From Azolla caroliniana (taxonomy: Eukaryota > Plantae > Polypodiophyta): DNA of 64,000 nt. Position numbers and translations under genes: made by a program. The notes beneath the pieces are model-generated. The model saw nothing but the letters and a program-made list of their open reading frames with translations, was not told the origin of the DNA and made no database searches. Positions 36,720 to 49,909 of the stretch are shown piece by piece (within the stretch, counting starts at the first letter, position 1; each line of letters begins with the position of its first letter). The stretch is taken from contig JBHGNT010000021.1 of NCBI GenBank assembly GCA_043228905.1, forward strand, positions 7,626,001 to 7,690,000, in the 5' to 3' direction.

Positions 36720-39700
36720 CCAGTGCGTGATCTTCGCATTCCAAGCTCAGGGGGCTTGTTTCAGACCGTAAAGCGACTTCTTAAGCCGGCACACCGTCAA
36801 CTTGTTCATCTCCGACTAAAAACCGGGAGATTGGATCATATAGACCCGTTCTTCAAGGTCACCTTGAAGAAACGCATTTTTCACGTCCATCTGGTGAAGA
36901 TGTCACCCCCTTGCTGCAGCAACTGCTAGTACCACAGGAACCGTCGTCATCTTCGCTACTTGTACTAGTTAACCAAACCGTCGACATTGTACTTTACCTT
37001 GTACACCCATTTGCAACCGATCGTTTTACAATGTCAGGGAGGGTCAACGAGGTCCCATGTGTCGTTGACATCGAGTGCCTGCATTTCTTCCTCCATAGCG
37101 GCACACCAGTTTGCATCCTTTGCCTTCTGCGTAGCTCTCCGGCTCACGCACTCCCGCCACTTTGGTCATGTACGCATAGTGATGCGCCATGTACTCATTG
37201 TCCTCGTATCGCGTAACGGGGTTCTTCTAGCGGGATGACCGACGTAACTTGTCGTTACCCAGTTTAAGGCCCTTCTTGGCCGATTCAGACTTCCTTTCTG
37301 AAGATCCAACTTCTTCCTTTCCAGAGTCGTATTCGCTCTGATCCGACTCAACGTTGCCGGTTTCGTATTCCGGCATCTTCTTCTTCCCCTTCTCTTTGCG
37401 CGTGTACCATCTCCTCGGTTCCTTTCGCGGGGAGAGCACGATAGAGTCTCCACTACTCGCCAGTTCTTCATCCAACTGGTCATCTCGACTCAGTCGCTCA
37501 TTCGGTCCACTCAACCGGAATGAAATCGGACTCTCTTCTAGAGTGCCAAAATCTTCATCTTCTACCTGAACCTCCTCGAGCTCACTAGCCTCATCTTCCG
37601 GAATCGGGTCTTCATTGGGAGTTGGAGTCGGTAAGGAGTACCATGATGCCGTCTCATCAAACTCGACATCTCGGCTTACTCAGACCTACTTAGTTGCATG
37701 TGAGTAACACTTATACCCCTTTTGCTCATGTGAGTAACCGACTAGGATGCATGTCTCTGACTTCGGATCCAACTTCCTCCGCTTCTCATCCGGTACATGC
37801 ACATATGTTGTGCTACCGAATATCCGAAGGTGTCTCAAATTCAGCTTTCGCCCGAAATACAGCTCATGTGCTGACACCTTGTCACCGATCCGATTTTGGA
37901 TGTAGGCGACCGTCTGGACCGCCTCAGCCCAGTAGAATTGGGGCATGCTCTTCTCCTTCAGCATTGCCCTTGTCACGTCGACAATCGACCGGTTCTTCCT
38001 TTCGGCCACACCGTTTTGCTCCAGTGTGTATCTACAGCTAAATTCCCTCCGAATTCCCTTCTGCTACAGATAACTGTTGAATTGGCCGGAAAAGTATTCT
38101 TTTCCACCATCTGACCGCAAGCACTTGACCTTCCTCTCTGTTTCCCATTCAACTAAGCTTTGCAAGTTCCGGAAACATTCGAAGGCTTCGCTCTTCTGTT
38201 CGATGACGTAGATCCACATGTGTCGGCTGTAGTCGTTGATGAAGGAGACAAAATACCGACTCCCGCCAAGACTAATGTTCTATGCCAGTCCCCATACATC
38301 TGAATGTATTAGATCGAGCTTGTTACGGCTCCAGTTTCGCTCGGTGGGGAATGGAAGCCGGTGTTGCTTCCCAAGTTGGTAGGCTTCACAAATTTCGGCC
38401 TTCCGGCTGCTAAATTTTGGCAAACCAAAAACGACTTGTTTCAATTGCAAGTCTTGAAGCCTCCGATAATTGACGTGGCCAATCCGCTTGTGCCATAGGT
38501 CGATGTCCGATTCGACCTTCTGCCCTTTCACAAACATAGTGGTGCCGACATCATTAGTGTTGAGGATGAACATCCTCCCATCTCTACGCCCTTGCGCAAT
38601 TATCCGGCCCTCTTCCTCGATAAAACACCCGAGGTGCGTAAACCACACTTGCATCCCCTGGTTGACGATTTGTCTGACCGACACCAGGTTCTTTGTGATT
38701 GTCGGAACGTGTAGTACATTCATCAGCTTCCCCTTTTGTCCGACATTGCTTAAAGGGACTTCTCCGACATGCACAATCGGGTGAGGGGTGTCGTCTCCGG
38801 TTTTGACAATCCCCAGTTGTTCCAGTGACTCCAAAACAGAGAACCACTCTTCATGGCTTGTCATGTGGTTGGACGTTTCGGAATCAACGTACCATACTTC
38901 CTCCGTTTTGGAAGTAGTCTTCTTCATTGAGTTAGCCTTGTGCTTCATCACGAAGGTTGGGCCTTTACCGGTTTTCCCGGTTCCGAATCCTTCCGCGTAG
39001 TGCGAGCTTTGCCAGTTCTCCTAACCGGTTTTGCCATATCCGGATTTGTCCGAATCGGCGCGCTTCTTCCAACACTCGCTTTCCCTGTGGCCCTTTTTGC
39101 CAAAGTACCAGCATTCTGTGTCAACCTTTCCTTGCCGGTTCCCGACGCCGGTTTGACTCCTCCTGCTTGTGGAGGGTTCAGAATTGTTGTCGACAACACC
39201 TTTGTGCCTCCGATCCTGCTCTTGCCAACCGCCTCCATTGCGTGCCAACCCACCTCGTCCACCACGTCCATGGGGCCGATTTGTCTTCGTGTACAACATC
39301 CGGCCATCCGATTTAGTGGTCCTTGACCCACTCGCGTGGTTTTCTTCGACCATCAACATCGATTGCAAGTCGAAGAAGGACGGTGGTTTCTCGCGGGTGT
39401 AGATCGCTGTCTGGATTGGCCCGTACCTTTGTGCTAGACCATCGAGGCAGATTTGTACCATCTCGTCTTCGTCCACCGTCACATTGATGGACCCGAGTGC
39501 GTTGCAAATCTCCTTTATCTTGGTGGTGTAGTCCGTAATTGACATGTCTCTTTGCCGAATGTTGTTCAGCTCTTGCCGGAGCTACAACTTACGGGTTGTG
39601 GTATTTGCGGCGAAAATCTTCTGTAGATTTTCCCATGCCTCCTCCGGCTTCTTTGCATCCTTGATGTAGCTGAGCATCTAATTATGCACACCGGACGCGA

Positions 39701-40447
39701 GACAGTACAGTACCCAACTCGCTCCTTGGTTCCATACCAAGAAGTCACTGTGTGTCGGCTCTGGTGCTACCTCGTTTGTTCCTTCCACGAAGCTCCAATA
39801 TCCATGCCCCAGTAGGTATTGATGCATCTTGTATGACCAAGACGCGTAGTTGCTCTAGTCGAGCTTCTTTGTTGGAAGTGAACTCACCATTCCGCTGTCC
39901 ATGTCTTCTCTCTGTTTGTTGTTGCCGGGTTCGAGGGTTCTTCTACGAAAGCAAGGGTTGGCTACAGAGGTTCTCAACCCTCGCACTCTAATACCATGTA
40001 AATGTTAATGTGCGGAAGCGTCATACAAAACCGGCTCAGCCGGATAGCAACAAAAAATGAGATGAAGGTTTAATGGAGAAGCTTAACACAGAGAGTATAT
40101 ACGAGAGAGAGATAGAGAGCAGAGAGCAAAGAGCAGAACATAGACTATATTCAAAAAATAACTCTAAAACTCTATACATACAACGTGCTAAATAACACTA
40201 TTTATACAAGTCCATAAAGCACTGACATGTACTTCAATATTCCTACATGCGACTGACACTGACTACAAGACAATGATTACCTAGTAGTCTAGGCTACTAC
40301 TAGGCTTCTAGTTCCCGCTCGAATCCGGCTCCCCGATCCGGCCAGTTGTTTCCGGATACCGATCGGGCTCATCCTTCCATATGTTGATCCGACTCATGCT
40401 TCTTCAGCCGATCCGAATCCGGTTGAGCTTGCTTGCTCAACAACTTC

Positions 40448-41999
40448 CAAAGGTTTAAAAACGAAGTTGAAAAAGCCACAAGTCGGCATGTTCGATCGAT
40501 GCCTTCGATCAGATGGAGGCAAGGAGTATTTCTTGGACAATTTTACGGCATACCTCCGAAAGGAAGGAATTCGACGAGAATTCTCATGTCAACACACACC
40601 TCAGCAAAACGGAGTAGCCAAACAAAAGAATCAGCACATAATAGAGGTGGCAAGGGCCATGATGAATGTGAAGAACCTACAGAAATCATACCAGTCAGAA
40701 GTAGCAAACACAGTCGTTTACCTCATGAACAGATGTACAACCTCTGGGTACACGACGTAACCCATCATGAGAAGTTATTTGGAAAGAAACTGGATATATC
40801 ACATATCCAAATATTCGGTTGGATCACGTACGTGCATATTCCCGACGAGAAGCGACAAAATCTCGACCCAAAGTCGGAGAAATGTATCCTTGTAGGGTAC
40901 CCACTCGAACAAAAGGGGTACAAATGTTACAATCCTTCTACCCAAAAAGTTCAAGTAAGTTGAGGCGTTGTTTTCAACGAGTCCGCATCCCGGTACAACC
41001 CAGAGACGACTCCGATTTTGACTCCAATCGACCCAGAATCGACCGAACGAGAGATAGAAGACGAATTTCGACTCAAACACATGTTCGAAGAAAGTCCGAT
41101 TACGACAAGGCTTAGTGGACCACAGGAGCCCCCGAATGACCAAAGCACATCTCAGTTGAGTCTAAAACTCGATAAAGAGAAGGCCAATATGTCGGAATAT
41201 GAAGATCCAATCGACAACGAGTCAACTCGCTCACTTGACAATGAGTTCAAAGGCCTGGACATCCCAATCATCCGGACGAATGGAGCGAAGAAAGCCCTAA
41301 ACTCTGCAAACGAGAAGCTCTATCGTTACCCGAGAGAAAAACCTGGTTAGTCGATTCAGCTACAATGAGTATATGGCATACCACTATGCCTTTATGATGA
41401 AGGTGGCAACAGTTTGAGAACCAGAAACCTTTTCCGAGGCAGCCAAGGATCTGCGATGGCTTGAAGCCATGAATGAAGAAATGCAGGCTTTAAGCAAAAA
41501 CGAGACATGGGATCTCATCCCCCATACTTCAAGCAAGAAAGCAATAGGCTATAGATGGATTTTCAAAGTAAAATATAATGTCAACGACTCGGTAAATTGC
41601 TACAAGGCACGACTCGTAGCTAAGGGATACGCTCAAATGCACAGAGTCGATTATGAGGAGACCTTTGCCCCGGTGGCAAAGATGACGACTATTTAGACAA
41701 TCATCACTCTTGTAGTTGCACAAGGCTGGCATCTCCACCAAGGCAAATTAGAAGAGGAAGTCTTCATGATTCAACCACCAAGTTTCAAATCGAGCGACAA
41801 CATGAGCATTATCTACCTGGCTCGGAACCCCGTGTTCCATGCGCGGACGAAGCATATTAAAGTACACTATCACTTCATCCAAGAGCACTTTCAAGCTGGA
41901 GATGTTGATTTGGAACACATCAACACGAATTTTCAGGTAGCCAACATCTTCACGAAAGCCACGGGGATCGACAAGTTGTAGCCATTCGTGACGAACCTT
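40448..41999 (+). pseudogene. Copia A integrase core, RT start and RNase H end (most of RT deleted near 41740-41795)
   Basis: [26 protein letters not shown], then directly DNMSIIYLARNPVFHARTKHI. Confidence 0.9.
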
Positions 42000-42011
42000 G
42001 GTCTTGTCATG

Positions 42012-42078
42012 ATATGGCAAGACTCGAACCCATGACCTTATGTTACATGGGTCGAGCTCTTGACCATTAAACTATATG
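42012..42078 (-). promoter_or_regulatory. tRNA-like A-box/B-box module at the 5' end of the chromovirus LTR, antisense (second copy ~57657-57723)
   Basis: Minus strand reads TAGT(T/C)TAATGGTCAAGAGC...TGTAAC..AAGGTCATGGGTTCGAGTCT with tRNA-like spacing. Confidence 0.55.
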
Positions 42079-42283
42079 TTGTAATACGAAGGATATTATT
42101 TTCATTTAGGTTTTACTATAGAAAATTGATGTATGTTCATTCTAGAAACTTTAGGAATACTCTTGAGAACACTATAAAAGAAGGCACAAGGCATTATTTC
42201 GAACCAAATCGGTTCAATGCCAGTCTTAAGCCTCCTAGCTACTATTGTATATTCCCTTAACATAGTATATATATTTTGTTATC

Positions 42284-42344
<61 letters not shown>

Positions 42345-42462
42345 TCTCTCGAGAGTTCTACACCTCCCTTAGTACTAATCCTCATCTTTTAGTACTAATT
42401 CCTTCTCTATTTTAGTATTGTTTCTGGCAGTACTTCTCTGTCTTAGTACTGCTCCTGACAGT

Positions 42463-42474
42463 TTGAACCGATTT
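42463..42474 (+). other. Self-priming PBS, complementary to the LTR's own predicted transcript start
   Basis: TTGAACCGATTT is the exact reverse complement of AAATCGGTTCAA (42206-42217), about 30 nt after TATAAAA (42173). No TGG tRNA-type PBS. Confidence 0.85.
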
Positions 42475-42556
42475 CGCTCTCCTTCCTTCTCTTCCTTTAT
42501 CTTCTTACTTCTCCCTCCCTTCATACTAATCTCTTATTCCTCTTTTCTCTCATACT

Positions 42557-45500
42557 ATGGGCATTGTTAGCGCTCAAGAATATCAATCTGTTTTCTCAGA
42601 GCTGCAATACTTGAAAGAGAAGTTCCTTGCTTTGGAACAAGAAAATCAACGGTTGTTGGGGGATCTTCAACAAATCTCCTTAGAAAAGCAGCAGACTCAA
42701 CAACAACATGGGGAACTAGTGGTAGGCGTGCAACAACTCGAAGCAACCTTAGTAGCAATGCAACAACAAGGACCTAGTACGCAAGGGATTCATAAAGAAC
42801 CCAAGATCGACCTTCCCATGAAATTCGATGGAATGCAATCGCAGTTTAGAGGATTCCTTAATCAGGTACGATTAGTCATTCAAATGCATCCTTCTCGATA
42901 TCCCACTGATGCATCACAAGTGGGACTAGTAGGCACTCTACTTAGTAGCACGGCTTTGGCATGGTTCGCCCCCCTGTTAGAAAAAAGCTCTCCCTTGTTA
43001 AATAATTTCGAAGAGTTTATTACCGAGTTTAAAGCCTATTTTGGAGATATCGACAGTGTTAGAACAGTAATCAACAAAATCTGAAGATTGTGCCAAGGTG
43101 AGCGGCCGACCTTGGCTTATGTTGCGGATTTCCGTCTTCTCACCACCGATATTCCCTGGGATAACCAAGCACTAATGGAGCAATTTCGTTTGGCCTATGT
43201 AATGATGTTAAAGATCTACTCTTAACTTTCCCCGAGGAGCCAAAGTCATTGACAGAAGCAATCAGTCGTGCGGTGCGATGCGATAATCGTCTCTTCGAAC
43301 GACGTTCAGAACATCAGTTCCAAATGCCACAGACAAGATCGGAGCCCACCTACGCTTCAATCGTAGCAAAGCCTTTCCCAAGGGAGTCATTCAATACGTC
43401 TCCAAAAACTACTCCTACTCCAATGGAAATTGACACCACACGTCGTCGCGGACCACTATCGGAAGAAGAAAAGTAGCGACGCATGGCAAATCGATTACGC
43501 CTTTATTGCGGTGGACCGGGGCATATTGCAGTGAATTGCCCCCATCGGTCGAAAAGGCAGGTAAATCAAGTAACCGCTAGTACTAATAGTACTAAACCTG
43601 AGTCTATTCCTCTAGTTGTGTCTGATAGTCCTAATAGCCCAAGACTTTCAAACAAATTTGAAATCCTTAGTCAACTAGAAGAAGAGTTAAACGATTAAGT
43701 CCAACCAAAATAGGAGCCGTTTGGTTGGACAACCCTAGATCTGTGCAACCCATTAGTGGTTCCATTTCCTCTAAGCAAGTTAGCAATGTGTTCTTAGCTC
43801 AAGTAATGGTTAGTACTAAAAGTACTCCTCCAGTACATGTCTTAGCACTCTTAGATTCCGGAGCTAAGTCTTGCTTCATGGATAGGAATTTTGCCCAAGC
43901 TCATCAGATATCCCTAAAGAAACTCCCATGTCCAGCCTCTGTAGTAGTCATTGATGGTCGTCCCATTGCTTCCGGGAATATTATAGAAGAGTCATAACCC
44001 GTTAATATTGTCCTAGATAACTTAGCGTGTGTAGTATCATTTAATATAATTAGTATCCCAGAACATCCCATTGTTTTGGGATTACCATGGTTCAAATTAC
44101 ATAAGCCAACCATAGATTGGAGAACAAGAGAAATATGGTGTCGACAAACCCGAGGATCTACTCATAAGATTGCAACCATTTCGCTACATCAGTTGCGTGA
44201 GGAAGGACGCAAGGAAGAAATGTTTCTCTTCGCAATATCAGTAAACCCCTCCAGTATCAATAAAGAGGAGTCCACCGTTCAACTTCTAGAGAAGTATCGT
44301 CATTATGCCGATGTGTTCGATAAAGTACAAGCTAATACGCTTCCTCACCATCGACCGTATGATTGCCCCATCAATTTACAACCGGGAAAAGAGCCACCAT
44401 GGGGACCAATCTACAATTTTCACCAACCGAATTAGAAGTCCTTCGAGCCTATATAGAGGAGAATTTGGCAAATGGTTTCATTCGACATTCGAAATCTCTA
44501 GTTGGTGCACCCATTTTCTTCGTCAAGAAAAAGGATGGATCACTTCGTCTCGTCATAGATTATCGTGGGTTGAATAAAGTCACCATTAGGAATAGGTATG
44601 CACTTCCTCTTATCTCAAGTCTTTTAGAACGGATCAATGGTGCAAGGTTCTTCACAAAGATAGACTTACGAGAAGCGTATAACCTTGTACAGATCCAACC
44701 AGGAGATGAATGGAAGATTGCGTTTCGCACCAGATATAGGCACTTCGAGTATACGGTCATGTCATTCGGCCTCACTAATGCGCCAATAGTCTTCCAGCAC
44801 ATGGAAAATGATATATTCCAAGATCTCTTGGATGATTTTTTGATCATCTATTTGCATGATCTACTGGTTTATTCGAAGACCCAAGAAGAGCATGATTCTC
44901 ATGTACTGTTAGTACTAAAACAACTTTGAGAACATGGTCTTTATGCAAAACTGGAAAAATGTAGTTTCGGGTGCAACCACGTACAATTTTTGGGCTATGT
45001 CATTTCCTCGGAAGGCATCTCCATGGATCCAACTAAGGTCAAAATGGTGGTAGAGTGGCAAACTCCGCGTTCGTTGCGAGATGTGCAATGCTTTTTAGGC
45101 TTTGCCAATTTTTACCGCAAGTTCATACAGGATTACTCAAAGCTTGTTTTGCCTCTCACACAACTTACCAGGAAGGGAAAATCGTTCGTTTGGTCTGAAG
45201 AAGTGGACATTGCTTTTGAGAATCTTAAGAAGGCATTTACATCAGCTCCTATTTTAGCTCATGTTGATCCAGAAAAACCATTCATCATTGAAGCAGACGC
45301 GTCGGATTTTGCCTTGGGTAGCATTCTGTCTCAACAAGGCGATAATGAAAAGCTACATCTTGTGGCTTTCCATTCACACAAGTTTGACGCCGCGAAAATC
45401 AACTATGAAATTCATGATAAGGAGCTATTAGCAATAGTGGACTCTTTTACGCAATGGAGGCATTTTTCTAGAGGGGTCTCTCATCAAGTCATCGTATTCA

Positions 45501-46805
45501 ATGATCACAAAAACCTTGCCTACTTTCAGAATGCTTGTGTGTTAAATCGACGTCAAGCTCGGTGGGCCCAATTCCTCACTCGTTTCAACTTCAAAATTAC
45601 ATATCATCTGGGGAAGCAACAAGGGAAGGCAGATGCATTATCACGACGTTCGTATCTAGCACCGCGTCCCGGCGAGACGACTTTCGATAACCAAAAGCAA
45701 GTAAACTTGGGACCGGCATGACTGCAAGCAACGCAGGTCTTCAGTATGCCCTTGGATTCCCACGTTATCGATACCATACATGAAGACTTGAATACAAATG
45801 TTTTCGCTCAAGCCATTCTAGCACAAATTGATATCTCTCGAGCATCTTGTTCACAATCGCAACAACCAGGTACGGACTATCGACAATTCGAATGTCATGA
45901 TGGATTACTATTCTTTAAGAAACTCTTGTATGTTCCTAATGGTACTTGTCGCCTTCAAGTAGTCCAAAACTGTCATGACGCATATACAGTTAGGCATTTT
46001 GGTAGTACTAAAACACTAGATTTAGTACAACGATCCTTCTGGTGGCCCCATATGCGACAATTTGTCGAAGATTTTGTTCGAACTTGTGATACATGTTGCA
46101 GACCAAAAATTCCAAGGCATCATCCATATGCATATGGTTTATTAGAACCATTACCAATTCCAAGCAAGCCATGGCAATCCATTACCCTAGATTTCATCAC
46201 AGATCTTCCGGTCTCTAAGAGATTTGATATGATCTTAACAATAGTAGATCGATATACGAAGATGGACCATTTCATGCCATGTACTAAGAAAATCTCCAGC
46301 AAAGAAACTGTTGAAATTGTCATGCGTGAAGTATGTTTGCATCATGGCCTTCTCGATAGTATCATTAGCGACCGTGGACCCCAATTCGTCTCAAAGTTCT
46401 GGAAGCACCTCTTTAAAATGCTTAAGGTCACTTGTCACCCCTCCTCCGGCTACCACCCGCAAATAGACAGCCAAGCGGAACGAACAAATCAAACGTTGGA
46501 GCAGTATCTTCGGTGCTTTTTAATCTATCATCAAGATGACTAGGCGGATATTCTCCACTTCGCCGAATTTGAGTATAATAACTCTATCCACTCATCGACA
46601 AAGGTGACATCATTTTATGCTTACACAGGACGGGCTGTCACCCTCGGTGGTGTGTATTTGAAACCCCATCGTTACCCAGAAATCCTTGTGGAGAGGATCG
46701 TTTGGAGCGGCTACGTAAGATACAAGCGGATCTACCTAGTCATCTACAACAAGCTCAATAAACACACAAGGTTTACGCAGATCGTCATCGGCTTCCATCT
46801 AGTTT
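42557..46805 (+). pseudogene. Chromovirus gag-pol (gag 42557-43698; PR-RT-RH-INT 43725-46805)
   Basis: PMEID and degenerate CCHC in Gag, LLDSGA protease, FFVKKKDGSLRLVIDYRGLN RT, EADASD RNase H, DFITDLP/SDRG integrase; multiple stops and frameshifts. Confidence 0.92.
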
Positions 46806-49800
46806 TGACATGACAGGAACACACACTCCCGATGAACAACGCTCGGCCACAACCGAGCTTAGAATCAAAACACAGAAAAAAACGGGAATGAATGCACGAC
46901 ACAATGGAGAGAAGAGAACACAAGATGTTAATGTGGAAAAACCCAAACTAGGGAAAAAAAAACCACAGCAGCCCACAGACTGCAAACTATCACTATGTCA
47001 GAATGTACAAAATGGTAAAGCACCGAAGCAATGACCTCGAGCTTTCTATCTTCGCCATAGGCGGCGGTTACAACAGAGGCAACGACCTCTTCCTCTCTCT
47101 CACTCTCTCTATACACAGTTACGCGCTCTAATCTTGCGCCAACAAGAATAACAAATTTTTCTACTAAGTTTGCCCTAAGTCATATTTATACTAATATGAA
47201 TTTTCGGCTATTTACAAATATAGCCCCGATAGACTCTCAGAAACATATTTACGAATATGTCCCTTCATCCGGTGAGCACTCCTCACCGGGCCTGCATCAT
47301 CCGACGCTTGCCGAGGACTTGTCATCCGGTTCTCACCGGGTCTTCCGTTGTCGGGTACTCGTCATCCGGTTCTCACCGGGTCTTTCGTAGCAGGGTACTT
47401 GTCATCCGGTTCTCATCGGGTCTTCCGTAGCCGGGTACTCCACATCCGGTTTGCTCATCAGTACTGATCTTCTCACTTCCCATCCGGAGGGATCTGTTTC
47501 CTAACAAACTCCCCCTTCACTCCGGCATGGGATGTCTTACAAGTCCTATCCACTTCCGGCATGCATCCAGCTTGTCAGGTATCAGTACTTTGGTCAGCAT
47601 ATCTGACCCGTTCTCAGCCGTGTGGATCTTCGTCAGCCCGAACTCCTAGTCATCTACTCTTTCCCGGATCCAGTGATACCTTCGCTGGATATGCTTTGTC
47701 CGGGAATGGTAGGCCACATTCTTAGCAAGGTGGATGGCACTTTGACTGTCGCAATAGAGTCGGTATTCATCTTGCCGGATACCGAGCTCTCTAATGAAGT
47801 CCTTCATCCATAGTATCTCCTTGCCGGCTTCCACAGCCGCCATGTACTCCGCTTCCGTGGTTGACAATGCAACTGTCTTCTAGAGTCTCGACTGCCACGA
47901 AACAGCTCCCCTTGCATATGTCATTACATACCCGGATGTAGACCGGCTGGTATCCACATCAGCTGACATGTCCGAATCGGTAAAACCGTCAAGTTGAGGT
48001 TTACCGGAGCCGAATCGAAGACACATGTTCGAAGTGCCCTTCAAGTACCGGAGTATCCATTTGACCGCATTCCAGTGCTCCTTGCCGGGATTGCTCATAA
48101 ACCGGCTCACCACTCTGACTGCGTATCCTATATCCGGTCGGGTACACACCATTGCGTACATCAAGCTCCCGACGGCAGAGGCATATGGAACCTTCATCAT
48201 ATCAGCCTTCTCTACTTTCGTCTTCGGGCTTTGCTTACCGGATAATCTGCAATTTACCGGGAGTGTCGATCCGACCGGTTTTGCTTCTAACATGTTGAAC
48301 CGCTAAAGCACCTTTGTCACGTACTTCTCCTGTGACAGCCACAATTGCTTCGTTGGCCGGTTCCGGATGATATGCATCCCCAGCATCTGTCTTGCCGGAC
48401 CCAACTCTTTCATTGCGAAATTTCGGTTGAGAGCCTTCTTCACATCTGTATTCTGGCTTGGTCCCGTCCGACGATCAACATTTCATCCACGTATAGAAGG
48501 AGTATCACGAAGTCGCATCCTTCGAAATTCTTCACAAACACGCAGTGATCGGCCTGCGTCTTGTGGTACCCTTGATCGGTCATGAAGGAGTCAAACTTCC
48601 GGTACCATTGTCGGGGAGCCTGCTTCAGTTCGTACATGCTCTTCTTCAAACGGCAAACCAGATGCTCCTTCCCTTTCTCCATGAATCCTTCCGGTTGCTG
48701 CATGTAGATCTCCTCTTCGAGGTCGCCGTGAAAGAATGTCGTCTTCACGTCCAGCTGCTCTACCTCGAGGTCCATGCTTGCCGCTATACTCAGCACCGTC
48801 TGGATGGAGGTCATCTTTACTACCGGGGCAAATATCTCGTCGAAGTCCACGCCCTTCTTCTATTGAAACCCCTTCACCACAATCTTGGCTTTGTATCGCG
48901 GGGGTTTGTCGGCATCTCCCGGTTTCAACTTGTACACCCACTTGTTTTGGAGTGCTCGCTTTCCTTTCGGCAACTCCACAAATTTGTACGTATGGTTCTC
49001 ATGTAGGGAATCCATCTCATCCTGCATGGCACTTAACCATTTGCGCCTATGGGCGTCACTTTTAGCTTCCTCGAAGCTTTCTGGCTCCCCCTCATCGGTC
49101 AGCAGCACATGCTCTACATCCGGAAATCTCCGGGGGGGGCCTTCTCTCTCTGAGAGGATATCTCCATCTTTGGGCTTCGGTAACCGGCTCCTCCATTTGC
49201 TCTTCATCCGAATCTGATTCGGGGTCTTGGCCGGTTCCGGTTTCAACTTCCTCTACTTCTTCTTCTGTCGGTTCGGTATCCTCACCGTAACTGGCTGGTT
49301 CCTCGAGTGCTAACTGGTCTCTTGCCGGTTGGGTCTGCTCATCGTAGAATCGATCCTTACCGGTCGACTATGAGTTCATTATCTTCTTCTCCGACTCCCA
49401 GTTGGCGAGCGTCTTGTCCTCCATGAAGATAATATCTCGACTCCGGAATACCTTCTTGTCGACCAGGTCCCACACTCGGTAGCCGAACTCATCGTCGCCG
49501 TAACCGAGGAATATGCATGGTCGGGTCTTTGGATCCAACATTCCTCTCCGGTCCTTAGCAACATGCACGTACGCAAGACACCCGAATACCTTCAGATGCC
49601 GGTAGGACACTTCCTTACCGGTCCAGACTCTCTGTGGCATGTCTCCGCCCAAGGGTACTGAGGGAGATCTGTTTATCACATATGTCGCCGTCGACAATGC
49701 CTCAGCCCAAAACTTCTTGGGTAGGTTTGCATGCGCCAGCATACTCCGGATCCTCTCCATTATGGTCTGGTTCATCCTCTCGGCCAGCCCGTTTAGTTCC

Positions 49801-49909
49801 GACGTCTTTGGCACAGTAAATTCGAGCCGGATTCCCTTCGAGCGACAATAATCCTCGAACTGCCCCCGGTATTCACCTCCGTTATCTGCTCGAACTGCCT
49901 TCAGCTTTC

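Larger units (their letters stand above)
20586..40442 (-). mobile_element. Ty1/Copia element B nested in Copia A integrase
   Basis: LTRs 20586-21007 and 39997-40442, TSD ACTTC, degenerate Met PBS 39985-39996, PPT at 21008. Decayed gag/PR/INT 37500-39900, RT 35510-37100 and RNase H ~21600-22116. Confidence 0.95.
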
